From: Macrostomum lignano
Taxonomy: Eukaryota
Assembly: GCA_002269645.1 (NCBI GenBank)
Contig: NIVC01001166.1
Coordinates: 282,849 to 346,848 of the forward strand
DNA length: 64,000 nucleotides
Direction: 5' to 3'
Positions 13,761 through 25,500 of the stretch are shown piece by piece; the stretch's first letter is position 1, and every line of letters starts with the position of its first letter. The notes beneath the pieces are model-generated. The model had not been told where the DNA came from. It made no database searches and saw only the letters and a program-made list of their open reading frames with translations. The position numbers and the translations under genes are program-made.

Positions 13761-14295
13761 CCTAGAAGACAGGGGCGGGGGGCCCACTAAGCGACGGGGC
13801 GCCAACTAAGATACCAAATATTGTAGCCCTTGGGGGTTGCGGCCCCCTCCTATTAAAATTCCTGCACACGCCACTGCGGGTCAGTGGGTATTAGCGTGAA
13901 CTGGACTGGGGTTATTTCGAGACACGCAAATCACATGAATTCATCTTCTATTATAGAAATGACTGACAGCAAGTGGACATGATGATCATCAACAGCTTGA
14001 GAGTATTGTTTATCAACTATTAAATTTGGTGGTAAATCTATACATAGGCAAAAATATTTACATAGAAACTAAACACAGCCTCAGGAAATCGGTTCCTCAT
14101 ATTAAAAAATATTAAATTTGATTACAGGAACTGCACTGAAGACCCAATTTCAGTGCTGTCCCCTGGTGCATCCGTTTGGTCAACACATCCGCATAGAAAT
14201 TCAGTAGGACGTCAGGGATCTGCTAGCCGCATTAGCAGCTGGAATTAAGATTCTTGCTTTGCTGCTCGAACTTGGCACTTCACAGTCCATTTTAA

Positions 14296-15565
14296 TGGCG
14301 CCTTTAACTTCATTCTTGGCGCCTTTAGCTTCATTCCTGGCGCGTCAGTTCCATTCTCAGGGCGCCTTTAGCTTCATTCCTGGCGCCTTTAGCTTCATTC
14401 CTGGCGCCTTTAGCTTCATTCTCGGCGCCTTTAGCTTCATTCTCGGCACCTTTGAACTCCATTCTCGGCACCAGTGGCCGTAGCAAGCCCCCCCCCCTGA
14501 AATTTCGCGCCAATGCAAAAAATCGAGCTATCAGTATACGCGTTAATATAGCCCCAAAAACACCGGAGTGATTCTTTAAAAAAAGGTATTATACTTAACA
14601 AAGATATGGAAAATTCTTATCATTTTTTTGGCTAAATTCCACACCGTACCGTAGGCAATAAAGTCTGCTCCTTTATAATGATCACGCACTCATATATTTT
14701 ATCAAAAAGATGTTGACAGTCACAACATAGTTACGATGTCTAGCAATGTCTGCAAGTCTACGTACTACTTAGTGAGTAGTGACCAAAAATATTCCTATCA
14801 TTATCTAGTGTAACTTGTAAGTCTAGTTCACAGATACTAAAACACTAGATGGTCCACTCCCTACCTTATCTCTGCAGTGCAAACTAATGCTCCTTTATTT
14901 AGCCTGCTCTTTTTTTGGGCACATGGAGCGCGAATTGATATTGAATTTAGTGATGAGTCATCAGATTCGTTGTTGTTGGCCATGGACAGAAGCTCGGAAC
15001 CAATAGAAACCCCTCTTTTCTGTGTAAAAAAAGCAAAAAAATACTTTTAAACGCTTGAAAAATAAGTTTTTTTTCGCGCCTACTGCTGCTGCAATTTTTC
15101 GCGCCATAATCGAAATTTTCGCGTATTCGCGCCATTGTCGCGCCACACTACAGCCACGTACTGCTCGGCACCTTTAACTCCATTATCGGCACCTTTAGCT
15201 CCATTCTTGGCACCTTTAGCTCCATTCTCGGCACCATTAGCTCCATTCTCGGCACCTTTAGCTCCATTCCCGGCACCTTTCACACCATTCTCGGCACCTT
15301 TATCTTCATCCTTGGCGCATTTGAGCTCCATTCTAGGCGCATTTGAGCTCCATTCTAGGCGCCTTGAGCTCCATTCTAGGCGCCTTGAGCTCCATTCTAG
15401 GCGCCTTGAGCTCCATTCTAGGCGCCTTTGAGCTCCATTCTAGGCGCCTTTGAGCTCCATTCTAGGCGCATTTGAGCTCCATTCTAGGCGCCTTTGAGCT
15501 CCATTCTAGGCGCATTTGAGCTCCATTCTAGGCGCCTTGAGCTCCATTCTAGGCGCCTTGAGCTC
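14296..15565. repeat. 20/21-bp minisatellite (GGCGCCTTTAGCTYCATTC..) split by the MITE at 14472-15163
   Basis: Direct observation. Confidence 0.92.
14472..15163. mobile_element. hAT-like MITE (692 bp) inserted in a 21-bp satellite
   Basis: Ends CAGTGGCCGTAG... and ...CTACAGCCACGTACTG (imperfect TIR). Flanked by the 8-bp direct repeat CTCGGCAC (14464-14471, 15164-15171); the satellite resumes on both sides. Confidence 0.7.
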
Positions 15566-15947
15566 CGTATCCGGCTGTGCATGGAAATCAAATCAAAAGA
15601 CGGAAGTAGAATTTCAAGACAACCCATCAGTTTTCGCACTGCGCCAACAGCGAGACGCCAGCAGCCAAACAGATACAAAAAATCTGCTTTAGTTTAAAAC
15701 TTTGGTTAAATTTTGTGAACACGAAAGAATTGCTTTGAGAAAATCAATGAAAACGGTTTCAATAATTGGTGGAATTGGTGCGGTAGTATAAAAGCATGAG
15801 CCACACTGGCAGAAACAGTTTAATAGGGATTATACCCAGTCATCTGGTTGCCAAGCAGACTTGAATCAATTGAGCCATAGGCAGTTGCTTTACTAGTTCT
15901 TCACGGCATCATTTAGGGCTGAAAGTTTGTTTAGGATCTTAACAAAG

Positions 15948-16430
15948 CTGAAGCATTAATCCTTCAGGACAATGATTAGGCCTGAAGCATCAATCCTTCA
16001 GGACAATGATTAGGCCTGAAGCACCAATCCTTCAGGACAATGATTAGGCCTGAAGCATCAATCCTTCAGGACAATGATTAGGCCTGAAGCATCAAACATT
16101 CAGGACAATGATTAGGCCTGAAGCATAAAACATTCAGGACAATGATTAGGCCTGAAGCACCAATCCTTCAGGACAATGATTAGGTCTGAAGCACCAATCC
16201 TTCAGGACAATGATTAGGCCTGAAGCATCAAACATTCAGGACAATTATTAGGCCTGAAGCATCAATCCTTCAGGACAATGATTAGGCCTGAAGCACCCAT
16301 CCTTCAGGACAATGATTAGGCCTGAAGCATCAATCCTTCAGGACAATGATTAGGCCTGAAGCATCAATCCTTCAGGACAATGATTAGGTCTGAAGCAAAA
16401 ATCCTTCAGGACAATGATAAGGCCTGAAGG
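15948..16430. repeat. 34-bp minisatellite (GAAGCATCAATCCTTCAGGACAATGATTAGGCCT)
   Basis: About 14 head-to-tail units just downstream of the FOXRED1 stop; each contains a CTTCAGG-N12-CCTGAAG inverted repeat. Confidence 0.95.
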
Positions 16431-16521
16431 ACTAAAAGAACAACTTAGGCCAGCACACAAGCCTCTGCAAATTCAACAATAAAAACGCCGATCCATCCCA
16501 GACCTTGGGACGCCTCCAGCC

Positions 16522-19500
16522 TCAAATAATGCCAGTCTCCCTAATCCTGGTGGCCGTCTGCAGCCGCTCGAAGCTCATCCGGCTGAGATCAATAGTCTTG
16601 TACTGCCTGAACAGCACCAGCTCGCTGACCGCCCGCCCGATGGCGACCGCGTGCTGAATGCCGTGGCCAGAGGAACCATTGCAGAAGATCAGATTTTCGT
16701 GAAAGGGGTGCCGGCCGATCACCAGGTTCTGGTCGAAGGTGTTGTAGTCGTAGAAGCCTGCCCACGCGTTGCGCACCTTCACCGCCTCCATGCAGGGCAC
16801 GCGGTGGGCCAGCCGGGGCCAGACCTGCTTGTCGAACCAGTCGTAGTCGGGCTCGAGGTCCACGCCGTTGCACTCGGGCTCGTCCTGCGGCCGGGTGGGG
16901 TGAGATTAGATGCGGAATAGATGCATCTGCAGGTTGCAAGTGAGATTAGATGCAGAATAGATGTATCTGCAGGTTGCAAGTGAGATTAGATGCAGAATAG
17001 ATGTAGCTGCTGGTAGCAGGTGAGATTAGATGCAGAATAGATGTAGCTGCTGGTAGCAGGTGAGATTAGATGCAGAATAGATGTAGCTGCTGGTTGCAGG
17101 TGAGATTAGATGCAGAATAGATGTAGCTGCAGGTGAGATTAGATTGAGAAGAGATGTAGCTGCAGGTTGCAGGTGAGACTAGATGCAGAATGCTCTGTTT
17201 ATTGAAGAGCCTTCGCAAAGTATTGCAGAATGCCTTCTTTGAGGATAGCTAAACAAATTGAAATTGTTATAATTGAGGAGCCAATTTCAATTTACTGCAA
17301 AAATCATTATAAAAATTGGCCAATCGACAATTTAGCAAATTGCAGAATTTATAATCCTATAATTGGCCAGGCGGCTCAATCAGGAACAAGGATGATTATT
17401 GAACTAAATAGAACAGACAAGACAACTCGCTTATTTTTAGTAATTGCTAATGATCTAGCCAGCATGTTGGCTTAGCCTTAGATAACTGAGGGTTTGCCTT
17501 TAAACTGCCGCATGGTCGGCAGAGCAGGCCTTGACCGAATACTTCTGAGTTCTAACAGAGCCTTTCCTGCCGAAAATAGCCAAATTAACGCTGACAACAG
17601 TCCTTTAAGATTTTAGTCTGTTAGCAGACTTCTATAAGTGAAACTGCATAGCTGATGGCCACATGGTTATGTACACACTGTAGACAAAGTATCTAAAATT
17701 TGCTACAGGTGATTAGTCTAGCTCGTATGCAGTGTACAGTGCAGTGTACAGCCAAGTCTTACTATAGAAAAAATCCTCATTCTCGGTAGAAAATACTTTG
17801 CATAGCAGAGTGTGAAAGTGGCAGCAATAGTCTATGGCCAGCCCTGCTGATCAAGCCGGCAGGAACGGCTTTGCATAGCAGTGTTAAAGTGGCAGCGATA
17901 GTCTATGGCCAGCCCTGCTGACCAAGCCGGCGAAAAACTAATTTTATTATTTCAGACATATTAAAGAAACAAATATGGCAAAACACTCTGCACACTACTG
18001 AGAATGCTCTTGTTAGTAGGATAAAAAGAGAAAAAGCTCCGAGATGCAATTTCTATGCAGAAATCAGGCAGTTTGAAAGTACCGGAACCGCCGATTCTGA
18101 TAGCTGATCGACAGGTAGAGGCGGTGGCGGATTAACGTAGGTGACAAAATCGCCCTGGAAACCGTCGCGTCTCAAGTGCAGACCACTGTCAACGTCCTGA
18201 ATAAACGGAGCGTCGATGCCGGGGGTGGCGGCGGCAGCCTTCTTGGCGGCGTGCGGCGGCAGGCTGACAACAAAGACTGACTGCCGCCTAAAAGCAGTAG
18301 TATGGAGCGCGAGTTTTGCTGGGGATTTTACTTAGCAAATCTAGTAGAAATCTTGAAGGCGAGATTAAGGTTTCGGCAGATCACCCTGCCAGTCCAGATG
18401 GCTAATTTTAGAACTCCTTGCGCCAGTCAGGGACCCCTGAAATCTGAGACTGGATTGGAAACCAGCGAGCCTAAGAAAACGCCGCAAATTCACATTAATT
18501 CTAGAAATTCTAGAAATAAATAATCAATTTTGATTACTTTAAAAAACCTTCCAATCCAAAGCATTTAGCAGTCCATGCGCATACCTACAATACCCCAGCC
18601 TATATTTGTAACTAAAGCAAAGTTTATAAGGCTTGCCTGCCGTTCGACGAAGCTTTCTATGGGAAACGGCTGGTTTGCGGGATGGCAAAACTGGGAGACT
18701 GGAAAGAAAATAACGGGACGAGGGGCAGACATAGGGAATCGGTTAAAGGGGCTTTAGCAGAGCGGGGGATATTTTGGCGGGAACACGAGAGACAGAGAGA
18801 GAGCGCGGGGAATGAGCGAGGAGCCGCGTGGCCTACCGGCCTCTCTAGGGGGGGGGGGGGGCGGCAGTAAACTCTGGCGGCGCGAAAGATGAATATTTTC
18901 GGGGCCGCATGCTTGGAAGGCAGACGAGCCCTGACTGCAGGGAAGCCAAAAATAGGCCTAGAGACGGGATCCGGGATTCTGGTGGACCTGCGTTTAGCCT
19001 ATAAGCAATACAGCATGGCATACAAAAGTGCGCAGTGCTCGCGCATTAACTCCAGTCTGAACTGGGACAAAAAGCAGTTCTGAGCGCTCTTCAATTATAA
19101 GCTAAGAACTCAACAGAATAGATAAGCTACTTAGCCTAAGGACTGATAGCTTGTACAAGTATTTTACAGGTTCGAAGCTGGAATTTGATAAGGCCAACCT
19201 TAGCTAGTCAGAGGACAAACATATTTGAATGTCACTCTTAATTCTGGCTCTTTTTTACCGATTGGATTGTTCTCATATGAGATCTCATACCTGATTGAAC
19301 AATCCTCATCTGAGATCTCATATCGAATTGAACAATTCTCATCTGAGATCTCATACCCGAATGAATAATTCTAATCTGACATCTCATACCTGATTGAATA
19401 ATTCTAATCTGACATCTCATACCTAATTGAACAATTCTCATCTGAGATCCCATATCTAATTGAACAATTCTCATCTGAGATCTCATACCTGATTGAACAA

Positions 19501-22500
19501 TTCTCATCTGAGATCTCATACCTGATTGAACAATTCTCATCTGAGATCTCATACCTGATTGAACAATTCTCATCTGAGATCTCATACCTGATTGAACAAT
19601 TCTCATCTGAGATCTCATACCTGATTTAACGATTCTCATCTGAGATCTCATACCTGATTGAACAATTCTCATCTGAGATCTCATACCTGATTGAACAATT
19701 CTTATCTGAGATCTCATAAGCAATTAAGTAAATTCTGGGATCTAATAACCGATTGAATAAAATCTCATCTGAGATCTCATACCTAAACGAACAGTTCTCA
19801 CTGAGTTATTATACCTGTCCCAATCCAGCAAATGGTCGGGAAAGAATGCAACAGAGTCGGCAGGGCGTGGCCAGTGTACCAGCTGCATAAAGCACACACG
19901 ATGGAGGGGCAGAACAGCTGGGGGGAGGGGGGCAAAGACAAATCGCAAGCAAAAGGGAAATCAGCGGCGACATTCCGGTGCGATCCTCCCAGGTGAAGAA
20001 AGTGCACCGAAGCCACCCAGAATCTGCCTGCTTCTGTGCAAAATTAACAGGCAGAAAAAGCAAAGGTTTGGTTGGCCAGAGTTTATAAAGTTTCTGTAGC
20101 GAGTCCTCAATACAAAGTCAACAAAATCAGCTGGTTGCAATTGCGAATTGATGCTTGAACAATTTGAAGCTCGATTTCTCATAGCGCTAATCAGGTGCAC
20201 ACGGCAGGCCAAGCAGCGGCAAGCCTTACTCTGAGACCTGGCTCCATTCCAGCCTGAGATTCAGTCTGATTCCAGCCTGAGATTCAGTCTGATTCCAGCC
20301 TGAGATTCAGTCTGATTCCAGCCTGAGATTCAGTCTGATTCCAGCCTGAGATTCAGTCTGATTCCAGCCTGAGATTCAGTCTGATTCCAGCCTGAGATTC
20401 AGTCTGATTCCAGCCTGAGATTCAGTCTGATTCCAGCCTGAGATTCAGTCTGATTCCAGCCTGAGATTCAGTCTGATTCCAGCCTGAGATTCAGTCTGAT
20501 TCCAGCCTGAGATTCAGTCTGATTCCAGCCTGAGATTCAGTCTCATTCCAGCCTGAGATTCAGTCTGATTCCAGCCTGAGATTCAGTCTGATTCCAGCCT
20601 GAGATTCAGTCTGATTCCAGCCTGAGATTCAGTCTGATTCCAGCCTGAGATTCAGTCTGATTCCAGCCTGAGATTCAGTCTGATTCCAGCCTGAGATTCA
20701 GTCTGATTCCAGCCTGAGATTCAGTCTCATTCCAGCCTGAGATTCAGTCTCATTCCAGCCTGAGATTCAGTCTGATTCCAGCCTGAGATTCAGTCTCATT
20801 CCAGCCTGAGATTCAGTCTCATTCCAGCCTGAGATTCAGTCTGATTCCAGCCTGAGATTCAGTCTGATTCCAGCCTGAGATTCAGTCTGATTCCAGCCTG
20901 AGATTCAGTCTGATTCCAGCCTGAGATTCAGTCTGATTCCAGCCTGAGATTCAGTCTGATTCCAGCCTGAGATTCAGTCTGATTCCAGCCTGAGATTCAG
21001 TCTGATTCCAGCCTGAGATTCAGTCTGATTCCAGCCTGAGATTCAGTCTGATTCCAGCCTGAGATTCAGTCTGATTCCAGCCTGAGATTCAGTCTGATTC
21101 CAGCCTGAGATTCAGTCTCATTCCAGCCTGAGATTCAGTCTCATTCCAGCCTGAGATTCAGTCTGATTCCAGCCTGAGATTCAGTCTCATTCCAGCCTGA
21201 GATTCAGTCTCATTCCAGCCTGAGATTCAGTCTGATTCCAGCCTGAGATTCAGTCTGATTCCAGCCTGAGATTCAGTCTGATTCCAGCCTGAGATTCAGT
21301 CTGATTCCAGCCTGAGATTCAGTCTGATTCCAGCCTGAGATTCAGTCTGATTCCAGCCTGAGATTCAGTCTGATTCCAGCCTGAGATTCAGTCTCATTCC
21401 AGACAAATTTTAGAGTTCGGCTGGCAAGGGAATACCTCGTCACTCAGGGGTGACAGGCCGGCAATGTAGTGGCCTCCGGGACCCTCGGCTCGCAGGTAGG
21501 CTCCAGAGGGACAATTGAGCAGAGGCGTGGGGAATAGATCCTCTTTGCAGTGCAGGTGGAAAACGTAACGAAGGCTGGTTGCATGGGATTAAGGGAGAAA
21601 AACAATTATTTCAAAACAACACAGGTGGTCCTTCAGAGGACCGTCACTACCCTCAGGGCCTTCAGTGAACTGCTGCTACCCTCAGGGCCTTCAGTGAACT
21701 GCTGCTACCCTCAGGTCCTTCAGTGAATTGCTGCTACCCTCAGGTCCTTCAGTGAATTGCTGCTACCCTCAGGTCCTTCAGTGAACTGCTGCTACCCTCA
21801 GGGCCTTCAGTGAACTGCTGCTACCCTCAGGGCCTTCAGTGAACTGCTGCTACCCTCAGGTCCTTCAGTGAACTGCTGCTACCCTCAGGGCCTTCAGTTG
21901 GCTGGTCCGCTGCCACCCTGACTTAAAAAATAAGCAGAACTCACCGAGGCTCCACCGGCAGTTTAACTTTGCCAGCAAAATCACCAACGCCGGCCAGGTG
22001 CGCCACGTGACCCGCCCAGGGTCCGGCCGCGTTCACAACCACGCCGAAGTTGATGTTGCGGACCAGGTTGTCCGGGCACTTCACCTGGGATTGGGATGCA
22101 AGCGTATTGAGGGTCTCATTAGCTGTATGTGTTGTTTGTCTGCCCGCCTGCCTGCCTTACCGTCAGTCTACGAGTCTTCAAGTGCCTGTCTTAATGCATG
22201 TCTTAGCGCATGACTTAATGCATGTCCTAGCGCCTGTCCTAATGCATGTCTTAGCGCCTGTCTTAATGCATGTCTTAGTGTCTGTCCTAGTGCCTGTCTT
22301 AGCGCCTGTCTTAATGCATGTCTTAGTGTCTGTCCTAGTGCCTGTCTTAGCGTCTGTCTTAATGCATGTCTTAGTGTCTGTCCTAGTGCCTGTCTTAGCG
22401 CCTGTCTTAATGCATGTCTTAGTGTCTGTCCTAGTGCCTGTCTTAATGCATGTCTTAGTGTCTGTCCTAGTGCCTGTCTTAGCGCCTGTCTTAATGCATG

Positions 22501-25500
22501 TCTTAGTGTCTGTCCTAGTGCCTGTCTTAGCGCCTGTCTTAATGCATGTCTTAGTGTCTGTCCTAGTGCCTGTCTTAGCGCCTGTCTTAATGCCTGTCTT
22601 AGTGTCTGTCCTAGTGCCTGTCTTAGCGCCTGTCTTAATGCATGTCTTAGTGTCTGTCCTAGTGCCTGTCTTAGCGCCTGTCTTAATGCATGTCTTAGTG
22701 TCTGTCCTAGTGCCTGTCTTAGCGCCTGTCTTAATGCATGTCTTAGTGTCTGTCCTAGTGCCTGTCTTAGCGCCTGTCCTAATGCATGTCTTAGTGTCTG
22801 TCCTAGTGCCTGTCTTAATGCATGTCTTAGTGTCTGTCCTAGCGCCTGTCTTAATGCATGTCTTAGTGTCTGTCCTAGTGCCTGTCTTAGCGCCTGTCTT
22901 AATGCATGTCTTAGTGTCTGTCCTAGTGCCTGTCTTAGCGCCTGTCTTAATGCATGTCTTAGTGTCTGTCCTAGTGCCTGTCTTAGCGCCTGTCTTAATG
23001 CATGTCTTAGTGTCTGTCCTAGTGCCTGTCTTAGCGCCTGTCTTAATGCATGTCTTAGTGTCTGTCCTAGTGCCTGTCTTAGCGTCTGTCTTAATGCATG
23101 TCTTAGTGTCTGTCCTAGTGCCTGTCTTAGCGCCTGTCTTAATGCATGTCTTAGTGTCTGTCCTAGTGCCTGTCTTAATGCATGTCTTAGTGTCTGTCCT
23201 AGTGCCTGTCTTAGCGCCTGTCTTAATGCATGTCTTAGTGTCTGTCCTAGTGCCTGTCTTAGCGCCTGTCTTAATGCATGTCTTAGTGTCTGTCCTAGTG
23301 CCTGTCTTAGCGCCTGTCTTAATGCATGTCTTAGTGTCTGTCCTAGTGCCTGTCTTAGCGCCTGTCTTAATGCATGTCTTAGTGTCTGTCCTAGTGCCTG
23401 TCTTAGCGCCTGTCTTAATGCATGTCTTAGTGTCTGTCCTAGTGCCTGTCTTAGCGCCTGTCTTAATGCATGTCTTAGTGTCTGTCCTAGTGCCTGTCTT
23501 AGCGCCTGTCCTAATGCATGTCTTAGTGTCTGTCCTAGTGCCTGTCTTAATGCATGTCTTAGTGTCTGTCCTAGCGCCTGTCTTAATGCATGTCTTAGTG
23601 TCTGTTCTAGTGCCTGTCTTAGCGCCTGTCTTAATGCATGTCTTAGTGTCTGTCCTAGTGCCTGTCTTAGCGCCTGTCTTAATGCATGTCTTAGTGTCTG
23701 TCCTAGTGCCTGTCTTAGCGCCTGTCTTAATGCATGTCTTAGTGTCTGTCCTAGTGCCTGTCTTAGCGCCTGTCTTAATGCATGTCTTAGTGTCTGTCCT
23801 AGTGCCTGTCTTAGCGTCTGTCTTAATGCATGTCTTAGTGTCTGTCCTAGTGCCTGTCTTAGCGCCTGTCTTAATGCATGTCTTAGTGTCTGTCCTAGTG
23901 CCTGTCTTAGCGCCTGTCTTAATGCATGTCTTAGTGTCTGTCCTAGTGCCTGTCTTAGCGCCTGTCTTAATGCATGTCTTAGTGTCTGTCCTAGTGCCTG
24001 TCTTAGCGCCTGTCCTAATGCATGTCTTAGTGTCTGTCCTAGTGCCTGTCTTAATGCATGTCTTAGTGTCTGTCCTAGCGCCTGTCTTAATGCATGTCTT
24101 AGTGTCTGTTCTAGTGCCTGTCTTAGCGCCTGTCTTAATGCATGTCTTAGTGTCTGTCCTAGTGCCTGTCTTAGCGCCTGTCTTAATGCATGTCTTAGTG
24201 TCTGTCCTAGTGCCTGTCTTAGCGCCTGTCTTAATGCATGTCTTAGTGTCTGTCCTAGTGCCTGTCTTAGCGCCTGTCTTAATGCATGTCTTAGTGTCTG
24301 TCCTAGTGCCTGTCTTAGCGCCTGTCTTAATGCATGTCTTAGTGTCTGTCCTAGTGCCTGTCTTAGCGCCTGTCTTAATGCATGTCTTAGTGTCTGTCCT
24401 AGTGCCTGTCTTAGCGCCTGTCTTAATGCATGTCTTAGTGTCTGTCCTAGTGCCTGTCTTAATGCATGTCCTAGCGTCTGTCTTAATACCTGCCCCAGTG
24501 TCCTAGTGTATCATAAATGACTTACTGCCTGTCCTAACACCTGGCTTAGTGGTTGTCTTATCTGTATGACATTACACAAACGGTGCCTCTGTACCTACCA
24601 GAGCAGCCTTCAGCCGCTCCTGTTCAAATTAGGTTAAGCAATTATTTATAATAGATAGATACGAGTACCTATCACTGACTTACAAAAACTTTTTATGACG
24701 TCATTCAATTTTTCCAATCACGCTATATAACCCTAGCTAATTAACCAGAGACAGACAGCTATTTAATGACGTCATCAAACCCTAGCCAATCAGAGACAGC
24801 TTTTTAATGACGTCATCAAATCGACCTCATCAAACCCTGACCAATCAGAGACCGACAGTTTTTAATGACATCATACTGCACTAACTAAATCAGTCAGTGA
24901 CCGGAATCGCCCCAGCAACCATGAATAAAGAAAAGCTACAAACCGAAGGCTCCCAGAGCGATATCGGACACATTCAGCCATGGCCAGGTCTCTTTCATCT
25001 TCTCCGGCGACATGAGGTCCACTTTTGCGCCAAGCTTCCTGACAGGCGGTAAATGAATAAGGAAAAGTTAATGAGAATTCATTAATGGATACTATAGCTG
25101 TTTTAACTGACCTCTGAGCCTGATTGTTCGTACGCAGGGTCTCTGCGTTCGCCTCATCTGCCAGGACCAAGTAGCCATGAGGGGCGTAGCAAATGTCCGG
25201 CGGGTCCAGGTCTGAGGGACAGAGTGAGGGTGGGTTGGGTGGAACGGCCCGTTGAGCTTGAGCAATGGCACCAGAAGCACGTGTGATCAGGATGGGATCA
25301 CAGAAGAAAATGAAATCACAGAATCCAATTATTAGAATCATAGAAGTTAATGAGATCACTGAAGCCAATGGGATCACAGATGCCGATGGGATCACTGAAG
25401 CCAATGGGATCACAGATGCCAATGGGATCACCGAAGCCAATGGGATCACCGAAGCCAATGGGATCACTGAAGCCAATGGGATCACTGAAGCCAATGGGAT

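Noticed and set aside
12816-13809. Repeat ORFs (RPPRDRGGHQETGA / PVSWW)
   Set aside because: These are translations of the 20-bp minisatellite.
15948-16430. CRISPR-like palindromic 34-bp repeat
   Set aside because: The units are head-to-tail with no unique spacers, there are no cas genes, and the context is eukaryotic.
22050-24506. 818-aa plus-strand ORF (MHVLVSVLVPVLAPVL)n
   Set aside because: It is a translation of the 12/60-bp satellite inside a FOXRED1 intron; the unit simply lacks stops in that frame.
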